DNA of 64,000 bases from Candidatus Latescibacterota bacterium (GTDB lineage: Bacteria; Latescibacterota; UBA2968; UBA8231): assembly GCA_965219385.1 (NCBI GenBank), contig CBDCNM010000002.1:3978305-4042304 (forward strand), written 5' to 3'. The notes below the pieces were generated by a model. It was not told the DNA's origin. It saw only the letters and a list, made by a program, of their open reading frames with translations, and did no database searches. The translations under genes and the position numbers were made by a program. How positions within the stretch are numbered: position 1 is the first letter of the stretch; the number at the start of each line of letters is the position of its first letter. This document shows positions 46,473 through 55,014 of the stretch, one piece after another.

Positions 46473-47180
46473 ATGGATATAAGTATAATCATACCAGCCT
46501 ACAACGAGGAGAGGCGGATTGGGCTGACCCTGGAAAAATCGGTCGGTTTTCTGGCCGCCCGTCCCTGGACCTATGAACTGCTAGTGGTCGACGATGGCAG
46601 TGGTGATGGAACCGTACCCCAGATCAAAGCATTTGCCCGACGAAATCCGGCCATCAAGTGCCTCCAGAACGGTCACAACCGGGGCAAGGGGTATTCCATC
46701 CGTCACGGAGTCAGACAGGCCCAGGGGCGGTTTATCGGTTTTATGGACGCGGATTACAAGACCGATATTTCCACCCTGGATGGGGTTATGGAGTTCCTCC
46801 AGGAGGGCTACGATGGGGTTGTCGGGGATCGGACCTTGGCCGCATCGAATATAGCCCGCCCGCGCCGGCGCTACCGCCAGTGGGGGACGGATTTATTCAG
46901 GGGCTTGCTCCATTGTTTAATCGGGCTGCGGGAGTTCGGAGATACCCAGTGTGGCTTTAAGTTTTTCCAAGCGGATGTAATCAGGGATTTATTCTGTCGC
47001 CAGCGAGTGGACGGATATATGTTCGATGTAGAAATCTTGTTGCTGGCAACAATCTCGGGGTACCGCATCCGCACAGCTCCCGTGGAGTGGCAGGATGATT
47101 CGGATAGCCGTTTTAACCCCATAACAGGCATGATAAAAAACCTGGGCGAACTGGCTCGCATACGCTGGATGCATCGTTGA
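46473..47180 (+). CDS. Glycosyltransferase family 2 (dolichyl-phosphate glucosyltransferase-like)
   Basis: ISIIIPAYNE, VVDDGS.D, NRGKG, FMDAD, DTQCGFK, FDVEIL. Confidence 0.9.
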   Translation: MDISIIIPAYNEERRIGLTLEKSVGFLAARPWTYELLVVDDGSGDGTVPQIKAFARRNPAIKCLQNGHNRGKGYSIRHGVRQAQGRFIGFMDADYKTDISTLDGVMEFLQEGYDGVVGDRTLAASNIARPRRRYRQWGTDLFRGLLHCLIGLREFGDTQCGFKFFQADVIRDLFCRQRVDGYMFDVEILLLATISGYRIRTAPVEWQDDSDSRFNPITGMIKNLGELARIRWMHR

Positions 47181-47188
47181 GGGGTGAA

Positions 47189-48355
47189 TTACTCTTTTTG
47201 TTGTCCGGTGCTTTCCTCCTCATGGGGCACGATAGTGGCCTTGACACAGTGCATATTCATGGCACTTTGTGTCGCTTGCATTACACCTTCTTCGGTAAAA
47301 GGAAATTGGCTTTGCATGCGGGGCCATGGGTAACACTCGGCGATGCGGTCGAGCATATTGATGGCCAGGGGTATATCATTGGCGGTAAAAGCCCAGCTTC
47401 CCAGGAGATTGATGTCCTTGAGACAGATGCGGTGCCAGTTGGTGTCGATGGAGCCGGCGTCGGTGAATTGGCCCATCTCGACATAGGTACCACCGTCGCG
47501 CAACATTTCGATACCCTCGGGACCGGCCTCAGGATGGCCGCTGCAATCCACCACGAGATCGGCTCCAAAGCCGCCCACTTCCTGGCGCACTGCTTCGATC
47601 CGGGCCTGGGCAGTCTGATGCAGATCGATGGATACGGTAGCATCCGCACCAAAAAGGCGACACAGGGCCAGCCGTGGCTCTTCGGGGGCACCAATCACGA
47701 CTAGGCGTCCGGCGCCCATCTCTCGCGCTGCGACCACCGTCAGTACGCCGATGGGTCCGGAACCCTGGATAACCACGGTATCGCCCGCGCGGAAGCCATT
47801 GACCGCCACCGCTCGGTTCAGGGCGCGGATACAGGAGGTCAGGGGTTCCGACAGGGAGCCCAGTATCAACGGCATGGTGGCCGGCAAGCGGTAGATCTTG
47901 GTGGCCGGCAGCATCTCCAGGTCCACGTAAACCATCTCCGCCCACCCGCCCCACAAGTGCGGGGGCTTTGCAAAGGGAAGGTAGCGGCCATAGTAGGTCG
48001 GATTGAGACAGCGGTTGGCGTTGGCGGGATAGTGGAGACAATAATAACACGCACCGCACGGCATCAGGGGCGGGAGCATGACCTTGCTGCCCACACTCAG
48101 GGGCTGATCCATGAAATCCGTTTCCAGGGCGGGACCTTTTTCCACGATGATGCCGGCCAGCTCGTGACCCAGAGTAAAGGGCCAGGGGAGGGGGTGAGGC
48201 CAGTGGCCTTTGAGGATGTGGAGGTCGGTGCCGCACACCCCGCAGGCGTGGATCCGGATGAGGGCTGCCTTGTCGGGTACCTGAGGTCGCGGCACGGTTC
48301 GGATCCGCGGAGGGGCGCCGGGGCTATCAAAGGTTGCTACGCGTACAGTCTGCAT
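47189..48355 (-). CDS. Zinc-dependent alcohol dehydrogenase (MDR family)
   Basis: CGVCGTDLH, LGHE, CGACYYC...C, GSGPIG. Confidence 0.92.
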   Translation of the reverse strand: MQTVRVATFDSPGAPPRIRTVPRPQVPDKAALIRIHACGVCGTDLHILKGHWPHPLPWPFTLGHELAGIIVEKGPALETDFMDQPLSVGSKVMLPPLMPCGACYYCLHYPANANRCLNPTYYGRYLPFAKPPHLWGGWAEMVYVDLEMLPATKIYRLPATMPLILGSLSEPLTSCIRALNRAVAVNGFRAGDTVVIQGSGPIGVLTVVAAREMGAGRLVVIGAPEEPRLALCRLFGADATVSIDLHQTAQARIEAVRQEVGGFGADLVVDCSGHPEAGPEGIEMLRDGGTYVEMGQFTDAGSIDTNWHRICLKDINLLGSWAFTANDIPLAINMLDRIAECYPWPRMQSQFPFTEEGVMQATQSAMNMHCVKATIVPHEEESTGQQKE

Positions 48356-48367
48356 GCAAAACAGCTT

Positions 48368-49171
48368 TCAGCCATAAGCCCCATGTTCCAGGAAGCCCAG
48401 AAGCCGACGCAACCTCAGGGAGGCGTTTTCGTATACGTGAGCGGGCATGGTGTAGTTCATAAAGGGATAGTATTTATGGCCGATAAGGCGGCGGCCGTAG
48501 GTGATCTGGGTGATGTACCGGGTTCGGTCGCTCTGGTTGGGACCACCACGGTGCCACACCTGGTTGTTGAACATGATGACACTGCCGGCTTTGCCCAGGT
48601 TGTAGTGGACCTGATTTTCCCATTGTGTAGCTTCCAGTACAGGGGGTGCCGGGGCACCAAACAGGTGGGAACCGGGAACGGTTTCGGTGCCTCCATGTTC
48701 TTTCTCGGTAACGTCTGTCAAGTAGTAGTTCGCTGTAAAAACCAGTACGGGCAGGCGGATATTGGTGGGGGGCTCGCCATGGGTGACCAGGAAGTGGGGG
48801 GGGTCGTCCTGGTGCCATTTGATGATACCTCCCCCCGGCGGGGTGCGGAACGAATTGTTGTGAATCACGTGGCAGTTCTCGGCCACGAGAGCCTCGGCAA
48901 AACTGACAATGGGCTCCAGGTCGAAAAGCCGGAGGTTGGCCTGGCTGTGCTCGAACAAGCGATGGGCCAGTGTCTTGGAGTTGAGCCTGTGGGGATTGTC
49001 GACCAGTTGCCGGTCCAGGTCGGTGCGCAATTCGGCACACCATTCGGGGGGCAGCACGTTTTGCAAAAATAAAAAGCCCTGGCGATGGAACTGCTTGACC
49101 CAGTCCCGAATCTGATCTTCGCCTACCTTCCGACCAGCCAGGTACAGCTTGGGGTCTAGCGGCACACTCAT
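48368..49171 (-). CDS. Phytanoyl-CoA dioxygenase family Fe(II)/2OG oxygenase
   Basis: WHQD, YYLTD, GGTETVPGSH, GKAGSV...WHRG.PN.S...R. Confidence 0.88.
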   Translation of the reverse strand: MSVPLDPKLYLAGRKVGEDQIRDWVKQFHRQGFLFLQNVLPPEWCAELRTDLDRQLVDNPHRLNSKTLAHRLFEHSQANLRLFDLEPIVSFAEALVAENCHVIHNNSFRTPPGGGIIKWHQDDPPHFLVTHGEPPTNIRLPVLVFTANYYLTDVTEKEHGGTETVPGSHLFGAPAPPVLEATQWENQVHYNLGKAGSVIMFNNQVWHRGGPNQSDRTRYITQITYGRRLIGHKYYPFMNYTMPAHVYENASLRLRRLLGFLEHGAYG

Positions 49172-49191
49172 GGGAGATTCCCTCCAAGGCT

Positions 49192-49220
49192 ATGATATAA
49201 CTGAGCCGAGCGGGTGTCAA
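49192..49220 (-). promoter_or_regulatory. Sigma70-type promoter of the dioxygenase/ADH pair
   Basis: Minus-strand TTGACA-N17-TATCAT. Confidence 0.6.
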
Positions 49221-49249
49221 GAGAGCCAGAGCAGATGAGGTGGTCAGGC

Positions 49250-49925
49250 CGCCATTGAGCGGACCAGAACGGCCAGTCTATTCATACATACCGTCAAAAA
49301 GATATCCATGGCTTCGGGCAGGTCGTTATGAGCCTGGCTATTCAGGAAGTTATTGACGGCCACGATAACCACAAAGAGGGACAGAACCTTGTAGGCGGGT
49401 TGTCCCCCCTGGGGGGAGAGTCCATCGCAAAACCAGCGACCATGGCCACCAGGGTGCTGATGATGGTCTGCCGGCTGGTAAAGCGGGCGCGGTTATGGGC
49501 GGGGATGGTATTGGCCATCCAGGTACTGAAGAAGGGGGACGCGGCATATCCAGCCAGCAAGCCCAGGCCGATCAGGGCGAGAAGGGCGCCCAGGTAGAGG
49601 GAAGGGGCTAGCAAAAAGGGTATGAGAATGATGGAGCCGAGAAGGAGTATCTCGGTCAATCCGACTCCAATGATAAACCGTTTCTTATTTTTGAGATACG
49701 AACCCAGAAGCGGGAAAACGACCTGGGTTACCGCCATGAGATAGGCCACGGCGGTGCAAAGGGCGATGAATGATGCATCGGCCCCCAGGGAAAGGGCAAA
49801 ACCAGTGAATACAGCGGTGCCTAAGCCGGTGGCCTGACCCCTACACCCCACAGGCCGCTAGCTGTGATGAAAGCGCGCAAACCTCGTGTAACCTGGCCGC
49901 GCGTGAGCGAGGGCCTTTCGTCCAT
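49250..49925 (-). pseudogene. Truncated, frameshifted MFS-type transporter
   Basis: ATG at 49925 (MDERPSLTRGQVTRGLRAFITASGLWG) shifts frame near 49845 into TGFALSLGA...WMANTIP..RARF..R. It covers only the N-terminal part of an MFS protein. Confidence 0.6.
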
Positions 49926-49967
49926 GTGCAAATTTTTCAGATACTTATTAAAACATGAGGAGCGGGG

Positions 49968-50924
49968 TTAAAAACCGCGTTTTTTCCCTACGAGATTCAC
50001 CAATTCTTCCCCCTTGAGATAACGCTCCAGATTTTCCAGGAAGAATTCAAAAACCACGCGGGGTCGATGTTGTGAAGAGCCGGCGTGATGAGCCGTGACG
50101 ATCAGATTGGGGGCATCCCAGAGTGGGTCCTCCGGGGGGAGCGGTTCCCGTTCGCACACATCCAGGCCGGCGCCGGCGATCTGGTTGTTTGTGAGGGCCT
50201 GGAGCAGGGCCGATTCGTCTATGATGCCGCCACGGGTGACGTTGACCAAGTAGGCAGAATCTTTCATGGTCGCGAACTCTTCGGCCCCGATCAGGTGATA
50301 GGTCTCCCGGGTTCTGGGACAGGCTATCATAACCGCATCCGAACGCCTGAGGAGACTGTGCAGGTTTTCCCGGGTGGCCGGTCTTAATTCGGCCACATCA
50401 TCGGGTTTGTTCTGGCGCACCGAGTCCACCGCCAGGATGGTCATCTCGTAACCGCGGGCGCGCTTGGCTATCTCCATACCAAAACCGCCCAGGCCAATGA
50501 TGCCAAGGGTGGCTCTGGCCAGCACAATACCCCGGCCTCCGGTCCATTCCCTGCGTTCCTGGCCGCGCACGGACAGGTCGATACCACGGGCCAGGGCCAG
50601 GAGCAGGGCCCAGGCTTGTTCGGCTCCCTGGGGGGCGTAGAGGCCGGCCATATTGGTGACCGCCACCTCCTCGCGCTCGACAATCTCCGGAAAGAGAAAG
50701 CTGTCCAGGCCGGCGCTATGGGACTGAATCCAGCGGAGCTTGGGGGCAACGGCACACACCGGGGGCGTAAATTGCCCCAGCAAAACCTCGGCTTCCGGAG
50801 CCAGGGGCAGGGCTTCCGCATCGCTGCCGACATGGTGGACCTGGTGGCCCCCAAGTTCCCGGGCAAGCCGTCGAAAGGCTTCGATCTGTTCGGGCTCAAA
50901 GGGGTAGTGGATGAGAATGTTCAT
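49968..50924 (-). CDS. D-2-hydroxyacid dehydrogenase
   Basis: LRWIQSHSAGLD, GIIGLGGFG, VNVTRGGIIDE, AGLDV.E.EPLP, TAHHAG. Confidence 0.92.
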   Translation of the reverse strand: MNILIHYPFEPEQIEAFRRLARELGGHQVHHVGSDAEALPLAPEAEVLLGQFTPPVCAVAPKLRWIQSHSAGLDSFLFPEIVEREEVAVTNMAGLYAPQGAEQAWALLLALARGIDLSVRGQERREWTGGRGIVLARATLGIIGLGGFGMEIAKRARGYEMTILAVDSVRQNKPDDVAELRPATRENLHSLLRRSDAVMIACPRTRETYHLIGAEEFATMKDSAYLVNVTRGGIIDESALLQALTNNQIAGAGLDVCEREPLPPEDPLWDAPNLIVTAHHAGSSQHRPRVVFEFFLENLERYLKGEELVNLVGKKRGF

Positions 50925-50989
50925 GGTAAACTCCTGTACGGTTGCGGAACTCTCGGTCACGAGCCTGGTATGTCCGCGCTGTCTGGGCT

Positions 50990-51997
50990 CTATGGACTCT
51001 GGTCAAAGTGGGCGAGTATGGTGGAGATCTCATCGTGCAAATCCCGTCCCAGTCGCGGCCCGTACTGGGAGACAACCTGGGCGGCTGCATAAGAGCCCAG
51101 CTTGCCGGCGTCTGCTAGACTGAGACCATTGGTGAGGCCAAACAGGACACCACCTGCGAATATGTCGCCCGCCCCGGTTGTGTCCGCGGCCTCGACCTGG
51201 ACTCCGGGGATTTCGCAGCGTTGTCCATCGGCATAGAGGATGGCGCCGTCCGCGCCGCAGGTGATACACGCCGTTGCCACGCTACCGGCCAGGGTGCGAC
51301 AGGCCTGTTCGCGCTCGGAGGCACCGGTGAAGGCTCGGGCTTCTTCTTCGTTACAGAAGAGCAGGTCCACGCCAGTTTGGATCAATTGATCGAAGCGCTC
51401 CTTGCACAATCCAACCATGGCGGGATCGCTCAAGGTCAGGGATACGGCAGTCCGATGCTGTTGGGCCAGCTTTTGAGCCTTGCAGCAAGCCGCGAAACCA
51501 CTGGCGGAACCGAGCAGGTATCCCTCTAGATAGATGTACTGGCTGTCTGCAATAACAGGACTCTCGATTTGCGCCGGCCCCAGGTTGCTGCTCACGCCCA
51601 GAAAGGTATTCAGGGTGCGGTCCGCATCCGGGGTAATGAAGACCAGGCACTGGCCTGTAGGGCCCTGGCTGCGGTTGGCTGGATTGCTCTGGACCCCGGC
51701 CTTTTCCAGATCCTCCTGATAGAAGTCGCCCCATTCGTCCACGCCCAGTTGATAAGCGCAATAAGCCCGCCCTCCGAAGCGGGCAATGGCGATCATGGTA
51801 TTGGCGGCCGAACCACCGGACGCGCGGGTCACGGGCGCCTCTTTGACGGCCTCGATAAGTTGCTTTTGACGCTCTTCATCAACGAGGGTCATGATGCCTT
51901 TTTCAATGTCGAACTGTTCTAAAAAAGCCGGTGATACTGTGTATTGAATATCCACCAGTGCATGGCCGACGCCGTATACATCGTAGGTGGGGGACAT
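50990..51997 (-). CDS. PfkB-family kinase (adenosine kinase-like)
   Basis: GGSAANT, ITPDADRT, FCNEEEA, DTTGAGDIFAGG. Confidence 0.9.
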   Translation of the reverse strand: MSPTYDVYGVGHALVDIQYTVSPAFLEQFDIEKGIMTLVDEERQKQLIEAVKEAPVTRASGGSAANTMIAIARFGGRAYCAYQLGVDEWGDFYQEDLEKAGVQSNPANRSQGPTGQCLVFITPDADRTLNTFLGVSSNLGPAQIESPVIADSQYIYLEGYLLGSASGFAACCKAQKLAQQHRTAVSLTLSDPAMVGLCKERFDQLIQTGVDLLFCNEEEARAFTGASEREQACRTLAGSVATACITCGADGAILYADGQRCEIPGVQVEAADTTGAGDIFAGGVLFGLTNGLSLADAGKLGSYAAAQVVSQYGPRLGRDLHDEISTILAHFDQSP

Positions 51998-52251
51998 ACG
52001 ATTCCTTTCTGCCCAGCTGAAATCAGCGGATCAGAAGGAAGAAAATAAGTCAAAGACGAAATTGTGTAAAAGGTTTTCTAAGTGGATATTTATTGAATTT
52101 ATCATATATTATTGATTAATGAATATATTATTGAGTACTGAGAATTCGGTGGAGATACCGACCATTGGGCTTTCCCGTTTCCCTGCGGGTCAGGGAGGTA
52201 TAAATACTTGAATTCTCACTCCTACCCCGAACCCTTTCCAGGAGGTTGACT

Positions 52252-52776
52252 ATCGCAGCAAAGCAAAGGCAATCGTTTACCAGGGTGAATCAGGACATTC
52301 GCGTGTCTCAGATCCGGCTGATCGGAGCGGATGGCACCCAAATCGGGATCACCGATACCAGCAAGGCCATGGAAATGGCCGAGGAGGAAGGGCTGGACCT
52401 CGTCGAGATAGCTCCCGATGCCAAACCCCCGGTTTGCCGTATCATTGATTATGGCAAGTACCGCTACGAGAAGGAAAAGAAGGCCAAGGAAGCGCGCAAA
52501 AAGCAGCACAGCGTGCAGATGAAGGAGATCTTATTCAAATCTTCCGTCATCTCTGACCACGATATCGAGTACCGCATGGCCCATATACGCGAGTTTATCG
52601 CCAAGGGCAATCGGGTCAAGGTCCGGATGCGTTTTCCGGGTCGCCAGATGGCGTACCGGGACCGGGGGCGCGAAGTCCTTGTAAAGGCCGCTCAGAATCT
52701 GGAGGACGTGGCCGTATTGGACCAGGATCCCAAGATGGAAGGCCGCGAAATGTCCATGATCCTGCGGCCCCTTTAA
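52252..52776 (+). CDS. infC: Translation initiation factor IF-3 (probable ATC start)
   Basis: RVNQDIR...RLI, GLDLVEIAPDAKPPVCRIIDYGKYRYE. AGGAGG at 52240-52245 lies 6 nt before an in-frame ATC. Confidence 0.95.
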   Translation: MAAKQRQSFTRVNQDIRVSQIRLIGADGTQIGITDTSKAMEMAEEEGLDLVEIAPDAKPPVCRIIDYGKYRYEKEKKAKEARKKQHSVQMKEILFKSSVISDHDIEYRMAHIREFIAKGNRVKVRMRFPGRQMAYRDRGREVLVKAAQNLEDVAVLDQDPKMEGREMSMILRPL

Positions 52777-53229
52777 GAGCCGATTAGCGATCCATAAAAA
52801 GACCTGTACCCGAGGATCTGGATACAGAGTGATTGCGCCGCTCGGAAGGGCGGTACGCATCGTCGCCGGCAGCATTGATGAAGATACCCAAGTTCAAGGC
52901 TCCGCGTCCCTCCAGTAGGTGATGCTGCCTCCCTGGCCCTGACCGGATCAACTTGGTAGTGATCCTGGCCTTTCCAGTCGAATATCAGTCTCACGCCATT
53001 CATGGCGGCTGCACTCAGAGATAGATCCTGGGCCAAGTAGCGAGCGATCCCCGCCGCCAAGGTCTTCCAGAATTCCAATAGCCGCATCCCAGGCCGCACC
53101 CTGGGATGCGGCTATTTTGCCTTGATAGCAAATCCTCTGGAAGTTTCTGGTAGATATCAGGGGCAACTGCTTCCTGGCCGGCAAATACGCAAAACGCCAT
53201 TCTGACAAGAACAAAAAGGGACGTTTTCT

Positions 53230-54060
53230 TCAAGTCCGGCCAACCACCGGGGCGACGAGGGTATGTTCTCGACGGCCTCTCATTCCAGCGATCACCGGGA
53301 AGGTCCTTTCTCTGGGCGCGCCTTCTTCAGGGATATAGTGCACCTGGGGTGAGAAATAAGCATAGAGAGCGGTATTCCTGGATTGGGGGGAGGTATTGGG
53401 GCCCGAACCATGTACCATGAGGCTGTGAAAAAGAAGGGTCGAGCCGGCTTTCAGAGGTACGTCGATCTGGCCGGAAAGGTCGATATCCTTGCGGCTGGTC
53501 AGAGTTCCATCCTGCTGCTGCTGAATCCGGCCCCATTCTGGCAGCCCCCATTTGTGGCTGCCAGGCACTACCTTGAAACAGCCGTTTTCAAGGGTGGCGT
53601 GATTCAGGGCAATGCTTGCGGTCACCAGGGCAGGAGGATCCATGGGCCAGTACGCCGAGTCCTGGTGCAGGGCATGGATAGAGCCGTGCAGTGCGGGTTT
53701 GAGCATCAGGGTACTTCTGAAGAGCAGCAGATCCTCGCCGATCAGGTTTTGTACGGCCTGGACCAGCTGGGGATGACCTGCCAGCTGGCGAAAGAGATTT
53801 GAGTGGGCGCCCGTGTTTTCGATTTTTCGCAATATCGGCAGGCCATCCAGATGCTGGTCCAGGGCATAAGGTTCGCGCTGGAAATCGCGCTGTGTCGGAG
53901 CAGCTTGAGACTCCAGTTCAGCGGCCAACTTGTGCAGACGAACCACTTCGGCTTGGCACGCTGATACTTCTTCGGCAGTCAAGACCTCTTCGATTACGAG
54001 ATAGCCCTGTTCTGCGAAAAAGCTCTTTTGTTCCTGTGGAATCACGGCTGGAAGGGTCAA
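53230..54060 (-). CDS. Phytanoyl-CoA dioxygenase family Fe(II)/2OG oxygenase
   Basis: EQGYLVIE, LHQDSAYW, ENGCFKVVPGSH, LKAGS..FHS..VHGS.PN.S...R. Confidence 0.88.
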   Translation of the reverse strand: MTLPAVIPQEQKSFFAEQGYLVIEEVLTAEEVSACQAEVVRLHKLAAELESQAAPTQRDFQREPYALDQHLDGLPILRKIENTGAHSNLFRQLAGHPQLVQAVQNLIGEDLLLFRSTLMLKPALHGSIHALHQDSAYWPMDPPALVTASIALNHATLENGCFKVVPGSHKWGLPEWGRIQQQQDGTLTSRKDIDLSGQIDVPLKAGSTLLFHSLMVHGSGPNTSPQSRNTALYAYFSPQVHYIPEEGAPRERTFPVIAGMRGRREHTLVAPVVGRT

Positions 54061-54395
54061 AAACGCGGGGCAGGGGGATCGGAGCCAACCTCTTCCGAAG
54101 GGGGGGGGGACCCGGTCTGATCTTCGAGGAAACGGGTAAAATTGCTGATGCGTTGATCGGCCTCGTTCAACAAGCCTTGGGTGTTTTGGCGCGCCTCGAG
54201 GACTTCCTCGGCAATGTTCATAGCTGCCAGAATAGCTATATCCAGAGGCCTGTGTGCGCCACCCGCAGCCGCTTCTCGCATCTTCTGATCGAGATACGCA
54301 GCGGCTTTTTCGATGTACTGGGGATCTTCTTTTTCGCTGCTGACTCGAAAGGTCTGATTGAAAATCTGGACAGTAATGGGGTTGTCCTGCGGCAT
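54057..54395 (-). CDS. zapA: Cell division protein ZapA
   Basis: ITVQIFNQTF, YIEKAAAYLDQKM, IAILAAMNIAEE. Confidence 0.88.
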   Translation of the reverse strand: MPQDNPITVQIFNQTFRVSSEKEDPQYIEKAAAYLDQKMREAAAGGAHRPLDIAILAAMNIAEEVLEARQNTQGLLNEADQRISNFTRFLEDQTGSPPPSEEVGSDPPAPRF

Positions 54396-54430
54396 GGATC
54401 GGGTCTGGGCGGATCCAGAAGGATGAGAAT

Positions 54431-54477
54431 AAAAAATATGGGGACTTCCGCGATCTCCCCTACTCCCGGAAGCCCCC
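54431..54477 (-). terminator. Terminator-like hairpin in the zapA leader
   Basis: Minus-strand GGGGGCTTCCG-N16-CGGAAGTCCCC followed by ATATTTTTT. Confidence 0.6.
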
Positions 54478-54512
54478 TGCTTACGCGCGCGCTGACCACG
54501 TAGTTGACTATC

Positions 54513-54541
54513 AATATATTGTGTAGGAGATTATTTGTCAA
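54513..54541 (-). promoter_or_regulatory. Near-consensus sigma70 promoter upstream of zapA
   Basis: Minus-strand TTGACA-N17-TATATT. Confidence 0.7.
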
Positions 54542-54565
54542 CGATATATTGGTGTATTTTTCAAT

Positions 54566-54617
54566 TTTAAGCGGAAAAAACTTAGCGTCAATTTAAGCGG
54601 AAAAAACTTAGCGTCAA
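54566..54617 (+). repeat. 26-bp perfect tandem duplication
   Basis: TTTAAGCGGAAAAAACTTAGCGTCAA x2. Confidence 0.95.
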
Positions 54618-55014
54618 AAGATTGCCTGATTTACACGAGAGGCCAGGCTAAGTCTCGATGCTTAAAGGATTCTGCCAGTGAGATTCACGCCGTTGATTTT
54701 TACAGGAAAAAACAGCATTGTCACCACCTATTGCCGCTTGGGACAGGGAAATGGAAGGGAAATTGACAGAAATACAACCATGGGTAGTGTCCCTGTCCGC
54801 TATGGGATTCGCTGTAAGGACCTCGGAGAGAATCCCTTAGGAGCATATTCTGAATTTCCGATAGTTTATTGTCGCCCAATGAGTTACCGACTTTTCACAT
54901 GCCCAGTAGGGACACTACCCAACCATGAAGATGGGCATTTGACGCCTTTTCATAGGATCCTTAGATTCTATAATTCGTCAATTCGTCCAAAATTTTACCT
55001 ACAGGACCTGCTTC

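Noticed and set aside
52773..53233. Overlapping short minus-strand ORFs between infC and the dioxygenase
   Set aside because: Three frames give short pieces with no recognisable family. This may be an eroded gene, but it cannot be supported as a CDS.
53900..54560. 6S RNA next to zapA
   Set aside because: The zapA stop overlaps the next CDS, leaving no room downstream. The upstream promoter-terminator interval is only about 75 nt and lacks the long 6S-type rod.
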